Positions 36,086 to 45,048 of a DNA stretch of 64,000 nucleotides are shown here, one piece after another. A model generated the notes under the pieces. That model made no database searches and was not told the DNA's origin. It worked only from the letters and a program-made list of their open reading frames with translations. A program made the position numbers and the translations under genes. Origin of the DNA: Phycisphaerae bacterium (GTDB taxonomy: Bacteria > Planctomycetota > Phycisphaerae > UBA1845); NCBI GenBank assembly GCA_030429365.1, contig JAUIEW010000001.1, positions 1,864 through 65,863 on the forward strand. Reading direction: 5' to 3'. Each line of letters opens with the position of its first letter. Position 1 is the first letter of the stretch.

Positions 36086-36723
36086 GAGAGTTGGTTCCGA
36101 TTTTGTGGAGACACGCCGCTGTGTGTGGCGACGTTTCTTTTCGATTCGATCATGGTTTCCGGCTTGTCGATGGCTTCGAGCAACGGCGCGCTGACCTCAG
36201 CCAACACCGATTGGCCAAGGATGTCTACGTTGACCGCCAACCGCAATTTGCCGAGTTGTTTGACAACTTGACCCTCGACGCCTTCAAGCGGTCCACCGAT
36301 GACACGCACCCACTCGCCCACGCGAATGCCGTTGTGTTGTTCGAACTCGGTATCCGTACCGATGACGCGGTGCACGCTGCGCAGCTGGGTGACGAACTGT
36401 TTCTGAGCCGCGACGAACAGCATGTTGGCGACACGGTTGGTCGACAGCGCCCGATACCGTTGTGTTTCGGTCGCATTGAGAAAAACATAACCGGCGAACA
36501 CCGGTACGGTTGAATACGACTTGCGCCCCGTTCGGCGGCTTTGCGTTATTTTCTGTTTGAGCGGCAGGTAGTTGAAAATGTCCAACTGCTGCAATTCGCG
36601 GGCGAGGATTTTTTCATTGCGCGAGCGCGTGTGCGCAACCCACCACGTTCCTTCGAGCCCATCGGGAATCGCCACCTCGGGATCGGGCGAGATTGTCTCC
36701 ATTTCCAGATGAGTCAAGGGCAT
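36082..36723 (-). CDS. NusG-family transcription antiterminator paralog (RfaH/UpxY-like)
   Basis: NGN-like WWVAHTRSRNEKILARELQQLDIFNYLPL..VFAGYVFL and KOW-like VGEWVRVIGGPLEGVEGQVV. 4-nt overlap with the ugd start. Confidence 0.8.
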   Translation of the reverse strand: MPLTHLEMETISPDPEVAIPDGLEGTWWVAHTRSRNEKILARELQQLDIFNYLPLKQKITQSRRTGRKSYSTVPVFAGYVFLNATETQRYRALSTNRVANMLFVAAQKQFVTQLRSVHRVIGTDTEFEQHNGIRVGEWVRVIGGPLEGVEGQVVKQLGKLRLAVNVDILGQSVLAEVSAPLLEAIDKPETMIESKRNVATHSGVSPQNRNQLS

Positions 36724-36729
36724 CGCAGA

Positions 36730-37683
36730 CTATTGATCCTTTGTTTGGCCATCCAGAATCTGGCGGAAGAATGCCACGGTCTTGGAGAGCCCTTCTTCGA
36801 GATTGACAGTCGGTTGCCAACCAAGCCGCTGGCGGGCTCGATCGGTCACGGCGCATCGCCTCACGGGGTCGTCCGGCGGCAGCGGTTTGTGCACGATTTC
36901 GAGATCGCGTCCGATGACTTTCCCGAGTGTTTGAACGAGATTCAGCATGGTGGTTTCGTGCGGGCTGCCGACGTTGACTGGTTCGTGGGCGTCGTCGCCT
37001 TCGTAATTCATCAGCCTGACCATGCCATCGATCAAGTCGCTGACGAAGAGGAAGCTGCGCGTCTGCGAGCCGTCACCATAAACGGTGAGCGGTTTGCCCT
37101 GAAGCGCCTGCACGACGAAGTTTGAAACCACGCGACCATCACCGACCGCCATCCTTGGTCCGTAGGTGTTGAAGATGCGGATGATGCGGATGTCGACATT
37201 GTTTTGATGGTGGTAATCCATCATCAGCGTTTCGGCGATGCGCTTGCCTTCATCGTAACAGCTGCGCAGTCCAATCGGATTGACGTTGCCCCAGTATTCT
37301 TCGGGTTGGGGATGGACGGCTGGGTCGCCGTAAACTTCGCTCGTCGACGCTTGAAGGATTCGCGCGTGCACGCGCTTGGACATGCCGAGCATGTTGAGCG
37401 CTCCCATCACCGAAGTCTTTACCGTTTTCACCGGATTGTGTTGGTAGTGAATTGGCGATGCCGGACACGCGAGGTTGAAGATCCAATCGACTTCAAGCAG
37501 GATCGGGTTCACCACGTCGTGGCGAATGATTTCAAAATCGGGTCGGCCGCTGAGATGGGCGAGGTTCTTTTTTGCACCCGTGTAAAAGTTATCCAATGCG
37601 ATGACATCGTGTCCGTCGGCCAGCAACCGATCGCACAGATGACTTCCCAGAAAACCGGCTCCTCCGGTGACGAGTACGCGCAC
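36730..37683 (-). CDS. UDP-glucuronate decarboxylase (UDP-xylose synthase)
   Basis: [44 protein letters not shown] ... YDEGKR. High collinearity with UXS. Confidence 0.85.
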   Translation of the reverse strand: MRVLVTGGAGFLGSHLCDRLLADGHDVIALDNFYTGAKKNLAHLSGRPDFEIIRHDVVNPILLEVDWIFNLACPASPIHYQHNPVKTVKTSVMGALNMLGMSKRVHARILQASTSEVYGDPAVHPQPEEYWGNVNPIGLRSCYDEGKRIAETLMMDYHHQNNVDIRIIRIFNTYGPRMAVGDGRVVSNFVVQALQGKPLTVYGDGSQTRSFLFVSDLIDGMVRLMNYEGDDAHEPVNVGSPHETTMLNLVQTLGKVIGRDLEIVHKPLPPDDPVRRCAVTDRARQRLGWQPTVNLEEGLSKTVAFFRQILDGQTKDQ

Positions 37684-37685
37684 GT

Positions 37686-38810
37686 TTAGGACCTCCCTGT
37701 CGCCTCAGCCGGTATCGCTTCGGATTGATGCTGCACAATGCAACCGGCCACTCGCCTTACATCGGCATCGTCGAGCATTGGATGCACCGGAAGCGAGAGA
37801 ATCCGCTTTGCCGTCGCCTCGCTGACGGGGAAATCACCTTCACTGTATTCCAAGTACTGAAAACAGGGCTGTAAATGCAGGGGGATCGGGTAGTAGATGC
37901 CCGAACCGATCGACGCGTCGGTGAGGTGCTGACGCAGGCCATCACGGTCGTCGGCGAGGATCGAATACTGGTGGTAACACGACTGGTTGTGTTCGGCGAT
38001 TTTGGGCGTCTGGATCGACGGGACGTTCGCGAGCAACTCGTCGTATTGTTTGGCGATGGCCCTGCGCCTGCCGTTGAACGATTCCAGGTGCGGCAGCTTC
38101 GCCGAAAGGATCGCGGCTTGCATGGTGTTGAGTCGAAAGTTGCCGCCGATGAACTGGTGATGGTACTGATCGGTTTGGCCGTGATTGCGCAACTGTCGCA
38201 CCCTTTCAGCCAATGCGTCGTCGTTGGTCGTGACCAAGCCGCCTTCACCAAAACCGCCGAGGTTCTTGGTTGGGTAGAACGAGAAGCACGCGGCATCGCC
38301 CAGCGCGCCGGCATATCGATTCTTGTATGTGGCGTCCACCGCTTGCGCGGCGTCTTCGATGACTCTCAAACCGGCGCTTGCGGCGATGTCATTGATTGCG
38401 TCCATGTCGGCGCACTGTCCGAACAGATGGACCGGAATGATGGCTTTGGTTCTGGGGGTGATCGCGGCTTGGATCTTTGCCGGATCGATGTTGAACGTGT
38501 CGGGATCGATGTCGACGAAAACCGGTTTTGCGCCGGTGCGGTGAACGCAGCCAGCCGTCGCGAAAAACGTAAACGGCGTCGTGATGACTTCGTCTCCCGC
38601 GGCGATCTCGCAAGCCATCAATGCGACGAGGATCGCATCGGTTCCACTCCCGATGGCGATCGCGTGTTTGGCGCCGGTTCGTTTGGCGAGTTCTTCTTCG
38701 AGCACACCAACGTGCGACCCGCCAACAAAGTGTTGCGATTCGAGGACTTCGTCGATGGCGGTTCTGACGCCGTCTTCAACGAGCGAAAACTCCGATTTGA
38801 GATCGAGCAT
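37686..38810 (-). CDS. DegT/DnrJ/EryC1/StrS family sugar aminotransferase
   Basis: From ATG 38810: [31 protein letters not shown] ... [10 protein letters not shown] (PLP lysine). The upstream extension to 38990 is rejected. Confidence 0.85.
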   Translation of the reverse strand: MLDLKSEFSLVEDGVRTAIDEVLESQHFVGGSHVGVLEEELAKRTGAKHAIAIGSGTDAILVALMACEIAAGDEVITTPFTFFATAGCVHRTGAKPVFVDIDPDTFNIDPAKIQAAITPRTKAIIPVHLFGQCADMDAINDIAASAGLRVIEDAAQAVDATYKNRYAGALGDAACFSFYPTKNLGGFGEGGLVTTNDDALAERVRQLRNHGQTDQYHHQFIGGNFRLNTMQAAILSAKLPHLESFNGRRRAIAKQYDELLANVPSIQTPKIAEHNQSCYHQYSILADDRDGLRQHLTDASIGSGIYYPIPLHLQPCFQYLEYSEGDFPVSEATAKRILSLPVHPMLDDADVRRVAGCIVQHQSEAIPAEATGRS

Positions 38811-39058
38811 CGTGATGGGTTTCAAGCGTATTCTCCGACCGCTGGTGTCGCGCCGACATGTCATTCCCGATGAATCAGCCGTCACGACAATTTCCGCATC
38901 CGGTGCGTTGGACGAAGGTGACGTGACGCGGGCGGCATTATAGAAATGCGCTGTCGCCGCGGCAACCAAGCCGGCGCTGTGATCTCGCAATCGAGGTCAT
39001 CAACGATACAAATCGGGACTCGAACGGCACGTCAAACGCACCTTTCGCGATGTCAGCC

Positions 39059-41308
39059 CTACGCCTGATCTTCGTCGTCTTCGCGTTTGTCGTCGTTGGC
39101 CGGTAGGGCACGCTGCGAGCCGTCTTCCTCTTCGTACTGGTACTCGTAGAACGTTCGCAGTTGCTCGCGGAAGTAGCCACCACGCTGTGCCTGTGCTCCG
39201 TTGAGTACGGCTCCAAAGACGTGGGCGTTGGCGTGTCGCAGCATGGTGCAGGCACGCTGGGCGACGCCGCGCGAATTTTCCTTTGCCCTGAACACGATGA
39301 TTGTGCCATCCACCTGCGATGCCAGTGCGATAGCGTCGCTGGCGAGCAGGACCGGTGGCGAGTCGAAGATGACATGGTCGTATTGTTTTGACGCTTCCGC
39401 GACGAATTCGCGGCAGAGATCGCTGCCGAGCAGTTCGGCTGGATTTGGCGGAATCGGTCCGCTGCCAATGACGTCGAGGTTGGCCATGTCGGTATGGTGC
39501 ACGCAGTCTTTGAGCGTGGCTTCACCGATCAGGATGTTGGTCATCCCGCGGGCGTTGACGTTCTTGAAGATGCGATGCATCCGCGGGCGCCGGAAGTTCG
39601 TGTCGACCAGGAGCACGCGCTTGCCGCTGACCGCAAGCGATGTTGCCAGGTTGGAAGCGACGGTCGTTCGTCCGTCTTCCGGTCGCGGGCTCGTGATCAG
39701 GATCGAGCGAATGCGGTCAGCCGGGGCGCTGAACTGGAGATTGCCGCGCACCGTTCTAAATGCTTCTGTAACCATCGAGTGGGGCGCGTCGCGGACGGCT
39801 GTCTCGACGTGTTCGATTTCAACTTCTTCGTCGTCCACATCCGGAATGGAACCCAACATGGCGATGCTGAGGTGGCGCACGATGTCTTGCGGAGTTCTGA
39901 CCGACGTGTCAATGAGTTCGAGGCCAATCGCCAGTCCGACAGCCCCGCCGAGTCCGAGAATGACGAGTCCGGGCAACAACAGCAGTGACGGGAAACTTCG
40001 TTCCAAGGGTGGTGATGCCTGGACGACTTGGAACACGCGGATTGCGGCGCGCTCGCGGACGATACGCTCGATTTCTCGAATGTACTCGTCGATGCGGTTT
40101 TGAATTTCAATGAGCAGGTCGCGTTCATTCAAAAGCGCGACGTATTCGGAAATCTTGCGGTCTAGGTCGGCTTGCTCAGCTTCAACTTCCTGCAGTTTTT
40201 CCTGAGCGGCCAGCAAACTGTTTGTCGCATTCAGATATGCGGTTTCGGCCTGTTCGGACTTATATTCCAGCGTTTCGCGGAGCTTGTTGGACCGGATTTT
40301 CTCCAGCTGCGTGCGGACTTCGACGAGGCGATTCTTCATCGTCTTGTATTCGCGATGATTGACGCCGAACTGCCGCTCTTTCAGGCCAAGCTCTTGTTCA
40401 AGCAAGAATACCTGGTTGTCGTATTGCAGGACTCGAGGGTCGTTTTCGACAATGAGCCGGTCTTCGGGCGTGATAGGCATGCCCGCGGGGTCGCTGTAAA
40501 TGTCCCGCAGACTCTTCATCTCCTTGACCTGCAACTCGTAGAATTGCACGGTCTTCTGGGCTTCGCTGAGTTTCTCGCGCAACGGTCCCTGGCCCAGCCG
40601 ATCCTGTTGTTGGAAGGCCTCGCCGGCTGGGATCGTGGATACGAATTCACTGATTTGCTGATTCTTCTTGACGAGTTGATCTTTGTAACCGGCTTGTTCG
40701 CGCTTGTAGTCCGTCAGTTCCTGGCGGTAGACACTTGAGGCGCGTTCTTTGATTTCTTCCAGGTATGTCTTGACGACCGTGTTGACGATGATGGCTGGGT
40801 CGGACGATGCTGCGGTGGAGATAGAAACCTGAATGTAGTTGGAGTCCCGGATGGGGCTGGCACTGAGATCCTCCTCCAATTCCAGCAGGTGTTCGTCTGA
40901 GTCAAGGCTCTTGTACCACTTGGTGTTTCGTACTTCCGGATCTTTGAGCGCTTTTCGCAAGACAGGAAATGACTTGATGTACAGTGCCTGGCTTTGCACG
41001 AATCGCGTAAATGATTCGTCGGCCATCGCATCCGGAGTCACCGCCATTTCGCGTTTGGGCGCATCACTAATGCATTCGACAAGCGATTGGGCGCTGTATT
41101 TGGGGAACTTGAAGTACATCAAGAAAAACAGCCCAACGCCCATGCCGCTAAAGAGCACTGACAGGATGATAATGGTCACCAACCTTTGGCGCAACATGCC
41201 CAGAATGTCGGCTGGCGTAATGCTCTTTGAAGCAGCCTGCGGCGTGTGCGCAGTGACCGGGCCTGGAAGCGGTATCTGTTCTTGAATTGTTGTCGGTAGC
41301 GTGGTCAT
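39059..41308 (-). CDS. Polysaccharide co-polymerase / BY-kinase-like protein (Wzc/GumC type) with atypical P-loop
   Basis: N-terminal TM, Wzz-like coiled-coil periplasmic region, second TM, then cytoplasmic P-loop domain ILITSPRPEDGRTTVASNLA..VLLVDTNFRRP..VIFDSPP. Tyr-rich tail YFREQLRTFYEYQYEEE. Confidence 0.85.
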   Translation of the reverse strand: MTTLPTTIQEQIPLPGPVTAHTPQAASKSITPADILGMLRQRLVTIIILSVLFSGMGVGLFFLMYFKFPKYSAQSLVECISDAPKREMAVTPDAMADESFTRFVQSQALYIKSFPVLRKALKDPEVRNTKWYKSLDSDEHLLELEEDLSASPIRDSNYIQVSISTAASSDPAIIVNTVVKTYLEEIKERASSVYRQELTDYKREQAGYKDQLVKKNQQISEFVSTIPAGEAFQQQDRLGQGPLREKLSEAQKTVQFYELQVKEMKSLRDIYSDPAGMPITPEDRLIVENDPRVLQYDNQVFLLEQELGLKERQFGVNHREYKTMKNRLVEVRTQLEKIRSNKLRETLEYKSEQAETAYLNATNSLLAAQEKLQEVEAEQADLDRKISEYVALLNERDLLIEIQNRIDEYIREIERIVRERAAIRVFQVVQASPPLERSFPSLLLLPGLVILGLGGAVGLAIGLELIDTSVRTPQDIVRHLSIAMLGSIPDVDDEEVEIEHVETAVRDAPHSMVTEAFRTVRGNLQFSAPADRIRSILITSPRPEDGRTTVASNLATSLAVSGKRVLLVDTNFRRPRMHRIFKNVNARGMTNILIGEATLKDCVHHTDMANLDVIGSGPIPPNPAELLGSDLCREFVAEASKQYDHVIFDSPPVLLASDAIALASQVDGTIIVFRAKENSRGVAQRACTMLRHANAHVFGAVLNGAQAQRGGYFREQLRTFYEYQYEEEDGSQRALPANDDKREDDEDQA

Positions 41309-41365
41309 GGTGATTGCTCTGATACTGTCTCTGGCGCAATGTCTGCGTTCATGCGCTTTCGGTTT

Positions 41366-42292
41366 CTATTCCGCCTCTGGTTCCTCTTCGACATCCACGA
41401 CGAGGTTGGATAGGACGTATCCAACCAGGGCAAACAAGCCGAGTGCGATCGGCAACATTGCCAATCCAAGTAATCCATGGGCAGTGCCCTGAGCCAGGTC
41501 TTCGCGTCCGTAAACGTGGACGACGCCTGTCACAAGGACACGAATCATGTTGCAAAACACAGCGATGGGGACGCAGCAGATGATCATGATGACGCGCTGC
41601 CACAATGGTCGATCGCCCAAATACGCCATCGCCACGCCCAAGCTGCAGAATGCCATCATCAAGCGCATCCCGCTGCATGCCTCTTCGACGTTAAGCGAAC
41701 CACGTTCGACTGTGGCCCGCTCGTATTCGATAACAACGCCCTGCACGCTCGTGTAAACTCCGGGCAGCAGTCCCAACACCCAACCCGAAACCTGCGATGC
41801 GAATTCCCGCAATGGGAGCGTGAGATTGAAGTAAAGCGATCGCGGCAGTGGCATCGCAAACACGAGATAGCAGATCGGAAACCACGCGACGCGGAATATC
41901 TGGTTGCCCCAGATCAAGAGCACCAATCCCAGCATGCACGGGATCATCGCGAACAACCGTGGATAGTCATAACTCCACGCGCGGGCGCCATAGTTGAGGC
42001 ACATGCCTGCGATGATCAGCAACGTGCCCAGGTAGTTTGGCTTAATGACCGCAGTCTTGAGCTGGTCTCGGTGGATGGCCAGAAAATAAAGGCTGAAGAC
42101 CGGCACCAGCCACCCGTGTGACCAGTTCCCGTCCGTCTTCCACTTGGAGACCATGCCATCAATGGGGGAATGAAAAACAAAACCGATGATCGCACCGAGT
42201 ATCAGGCATTGCAGCGCAACGATCCACAGAGCCGAACCCGAGGATGAACCATCCCGGTTGATCGAAAGACTCGGTGAAGCGTCACTCATCAT
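41366..42292 (-). CDS. Exosortase family protein (EpsH-like)
   Basis: Multi-TM protein with EEACSGMRLMM (catalytic Cys motif) and FCNMIRVLVTGVVHVYG (conserved Arg/His region). Start set at ATG 42292, clear of the upstream gene. Confidence 0.8.
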   Translation of the reverse strand: MMSDASPSLSINRDGSSSGSALWIVALQCLILGAIIGFVFHSPIDGMVSKWKTDGNWSHGWLVPVFSLYFLAIHRDQLKTAVIKPNYLGTLLIIAGMCLNYGARAWSYDYPRLFAMIPCMLGLVLLIWGNQIFRVAWFPICYLVFAMPLPRSLYFNLTLPLREFASQVSGWVLGLLPGVYTSVQGVVIEYERATVERGSLNVEEACSGMRLMMAFCSLGVAMAYLGDRPLWQRVIMIICCVPIAVFCNMIRVLVTGVVHVYGREDLAQGTAHGLLGLAMLPIALGLFALVGYVLSNLVVDVEEEPEAE

Positions 42293-42344
42293 CTCATCCA
42301 CCAATCGAGTTGGCGGTCTCCCAGGCCGTTGGTTCTGGTTGCGT

Positions 42345-43934
42345 CTATCTGAAGAGATTCGGGAACCGGCTGCCGAATCCGCTCGCTTGCGTGACCGCCG
42401 GGTTTGGCTGGCCAGCGAAACTGTCAATGTCGGCAAAGTTACGGTCGTAAACGAATCCAAACCCGTAGGTCAGGCGGAACGCGTTTCGGATCACGGCGAG
42501 GAACGAAGCTGCAGGATGTGTACCGACCAAAATGAGGTCGTTGTTCTTCAGCAGCAAATCCTGTTCCTTGCCTGCAAAGATCGCGTCGAGATTGACCTGA
42601 TGCATTTCTTCACGATCACCGTACCGGCGATAGACCGTGCAGCGGTTCGGCCAAGCCAGCGGCGACAGGTTGCCAGCCGACGCAATGGCGGTCTTGAGCG
42701 TGATTCGGCGACCCGTCAATGAATAGGCGCCGGGACGCGACACCTGACCCATCATATAATATTCACCAACCTCGCCAGCGAGGATGCGAATCTTGTCACC
42801 ACCACGGACGATCACGTTTTGTCGTGGATCACCGTTGCGAAGTGCTTCCGCGTCGATGCGAATCACTCTGCCAATGGCGTCATCGCCGGCCAACCGCTCC
42901 CAGTCGATCGCAGGTTCTGCCTCGTCCTCGGCAGGCATCTGGGGCGCATCGTCCTGATTGTCTTCGATGGTGTTGTACGGCGTCGAACCAGTGGCGGATG
43001 TGTTGGTTGGTGCGTCAGCTTCGACCCATTCACCTTCAGCCGTAAATACCCATCGCGACTGAGTCGATGCGCTACCGGGTGCTTGTTGTTCGAGTGATGA
43101 ACTGTTGGCGGGATTTCGCGTTCCCGCGGCGGCTTCGAGCAGTTCCTCGTGCTGTTGCTGCGATGTGGATGCGCCCCCGGGACCGCCCGTCACGCCATCT
43201 GACATCGTGAATGTCGATTGGTGGCGTCGCGTATTCGCACGAGCCAGTTTCTTGTTCGATTGAGTCCGGCCGCGTACTTGCAGTCTGTCTGATGCCTCCT
43301 GTGCAGCGGTGCTTGGTGGATTTCGGATAATGTAAACTTCGGTGGCGGTCTCTGGAAATCCGCCGGCAATGTTGAGCGCTTCGAGCAAGCTCGTGTTGGG
43401 TCTTGGAACCGGGTAAACGTTGGGGCCTGGCGTTGCACCGAAGAGGACGAAAGTCAGGTTGCGTCGAACCAAAGGTTCAACGATGACGACCGGATCATCA
43501 ACGATGACCTGCCGCTGCCTGAGTTGCGTCTTGATCTCTTCGGTAATCTCAGTGCGGGTCATTCCACTGACCCGAATTTGACCGAGCACTGGAAGAATGA
43601 TTGTGCCAATGTCGTCAATGGTTGCCTGAAGACCTGTTTCGGTATTGCTGGCCAGCAATTCAAAAATACGAACGCTCAAGGAGTCGCCGGGTCCATACTT
43701 GTACTCTTCATATAGCGGGACAAGGTCCTCGGGGGTCGGGTCCGTCGCCCCAGGGATTCCTGACGGCGTGTCCTGAATGCTCAGTGACGTACGAATATCC
43801 AACGTGGCCTCGCGCCGAAAATTGCCCACTTGCGTTGGATCGAGCCAGCTATTGAAAATGCTGTTGCAGCCGACCTGCGTCAGCAGAATGCCGAATAAGG
43901 CCATCCAAACAGCACATTTATTCCATTTTCGCAT
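42345..43934 (-). CDS. Polysaccharide export protein (Wza-like: Poly_export + SLBB domains) with low-complexity insert
   Basis: Lipobox-like LLTQVGC. YKYGPGDSLSVRIFEL...GTIILPVLGQIRVSGMTRTEITEEI. SLBB-like GEYYMMGQVSRPGAYSL. Start is 43934 or 43967. Confidence 0.85.
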   Translation of the reverse strand: MRKWNKCAVWMALFGILLTQVGCNSIFNSWLDPTQVGNFRREATLDIRTSLSIQDTPSGIPGATDPTPEDLVPLYEEYKYGPGDSLSVRIFELLASNTETGLQATIDDIGTIILPVLGQIRVSGMTRTEITEEIKTQLRQRQVIVDDPVVIVEPLVRRNLTFVLFGATPGPNVYPVPRPNTSLLEALNIAGGFPETATEVYIIRNPPSTAAQEASDRLQVRGRTQSNKKLARANTRRHQSTFTMSDGVTGGPGGASTSQQQHEELLEAAAGTRNPANSSSLEQQAPGSASTQSRWVFTAEGEWVEADAPTNTSATGSTPYNTIEDNQDDAPQMPAEDEAEPAIDWERLAGDDAIGRVIRIDAEALRNGDPRQNVIVRGGDKIRILAGEVGEYYMMGQVSRPGAYSLTGRRITLKTAIASAGNLSPLAWPNRCTVYRRYGDREEMHQVNLDAIFAGKEQDLLLKNNDLILVGTHPAASFLAVIRNAFRLTYGFGFVYDRNFADIDSFAGQPNPAVTQASGFGSRFPNLFR

Positions 43935-44599
43935 CGTCTTGGCTTCCGGACGCCTGATTGCGTTCATTTTGGTCCAATTCAGTTGGCCAGACACCGCGCC
44001 GCCCCGCGCCGCGCAGTTGGAAATGAGGTGTCTTGAGCATAACCTCATTGAAATAAATGCTTTACGGGAATAGCCGCCGCCCGTCAAGCGAGATCAAGAT
44101 GCACGTAGACCATCTCCTGAGTGCACAGGCCCGGTTATTATCGGCATTCGTAACCTGTCTAGTTTAGGGCGCTTAGGACAATTGAGGCACCTTCAAAGCC
44201 CCCAATATCGCGGATATTCTCGCCTATGCATAGTTCGTTTGAGGGTTAGAACTTGTTCGGCGTGAAATCACAAGCTGGCCAGATTTCATCACCCAGTGGA
44301 AAATCGGTCGCACAGCGCCTCATTTTGATCTGCCACGATTCGAACAGAATGGCGTCTGGTTGCAAGGTCGGCACGGAGGATGAAGAGGGGGGATGAAGAG
44401 AATGCTCGAACGTCTTGAGGGCTTCCATCTGCCACGTGTCTTTAGAGGATCGCGACTGGTCGGAGGTTGGATTTCAACTCGGTGATTGACCGCCCACACC
44501 GGCGGGCTACACTCGGATTCTTGGTTGATCGCCACTTTGTCGCGACGCAAAGCGGCTGACGGGGCGATCCTGTACTTTGATCATCAAACGGAGGTCTTC

Positions 44600-44777
44600 G
44601 ATGAGACGGTTTATCTCGTCCCGCAGTCTACCAATGCTCGCCCTTTCGGTGATGGCGATTTCGGTTCTTTCGGGTTGCACGACCAACAATGCATCCGTCT
44701 CATTCCTTGATTTCGTCAATACGATTCTCTTGGGAATCACGGCGGCTGGCGGTTTGGTCTTGATCAACAACGTGTAG
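44600..44777 (+). CDS. Candidate small lipoprotein with C-terminal hydrophobic anchor
   Basis: GGAGG lies 6 nt upstream of ATG 44600. MRRFISSRSLPMLALSVMAISVLSGC lipobox, with C-terminal ILLGITAAGGLVLI. It competes with antisense ORF 44507-45058, which shares third-codon positions. Confidence 0.4.
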
Positions 44778-45048
44778 TCGGCTTGGCAGATTTGCCGCAC
44801 TTTTTGAATCTCGAGCCGGCGTTGCACCACCAGTTCATCCTGTGCAGCACGGCTTTGTCGGACCCATGCACCGCTGAAGGTGTCGATTGACGCGTTCAGC
44901 GGTGCATTTATACTCGGAATCAACGTCAGCGTTGCCGCCAGGCGAATTTCCAATCCACCACGGTCATTCAGTGGTGCGGTCAAGGGATGGCTGACTCCGT
45001 ATGTTTGAAACTTGCTCATCGAATTTGGCAGCAGTGACGGAGAATGCC

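Noticed and set aside
35213-36271. 352-aa plus-strand ORF
   Set aside because: It is entirely antisense to the well-supported ugd gene. The translation is low-complexity (Gly/Asp/His/Val-rich) with no motif, as expected for a shadow ORF in GC-rich coding DNA.
44088-44576. JUMPStart/ops element (GGCGGTAG) for the NusG paralog in the EPS leader
   Set aside because: The motif is not present on the relevant strand by visual search.
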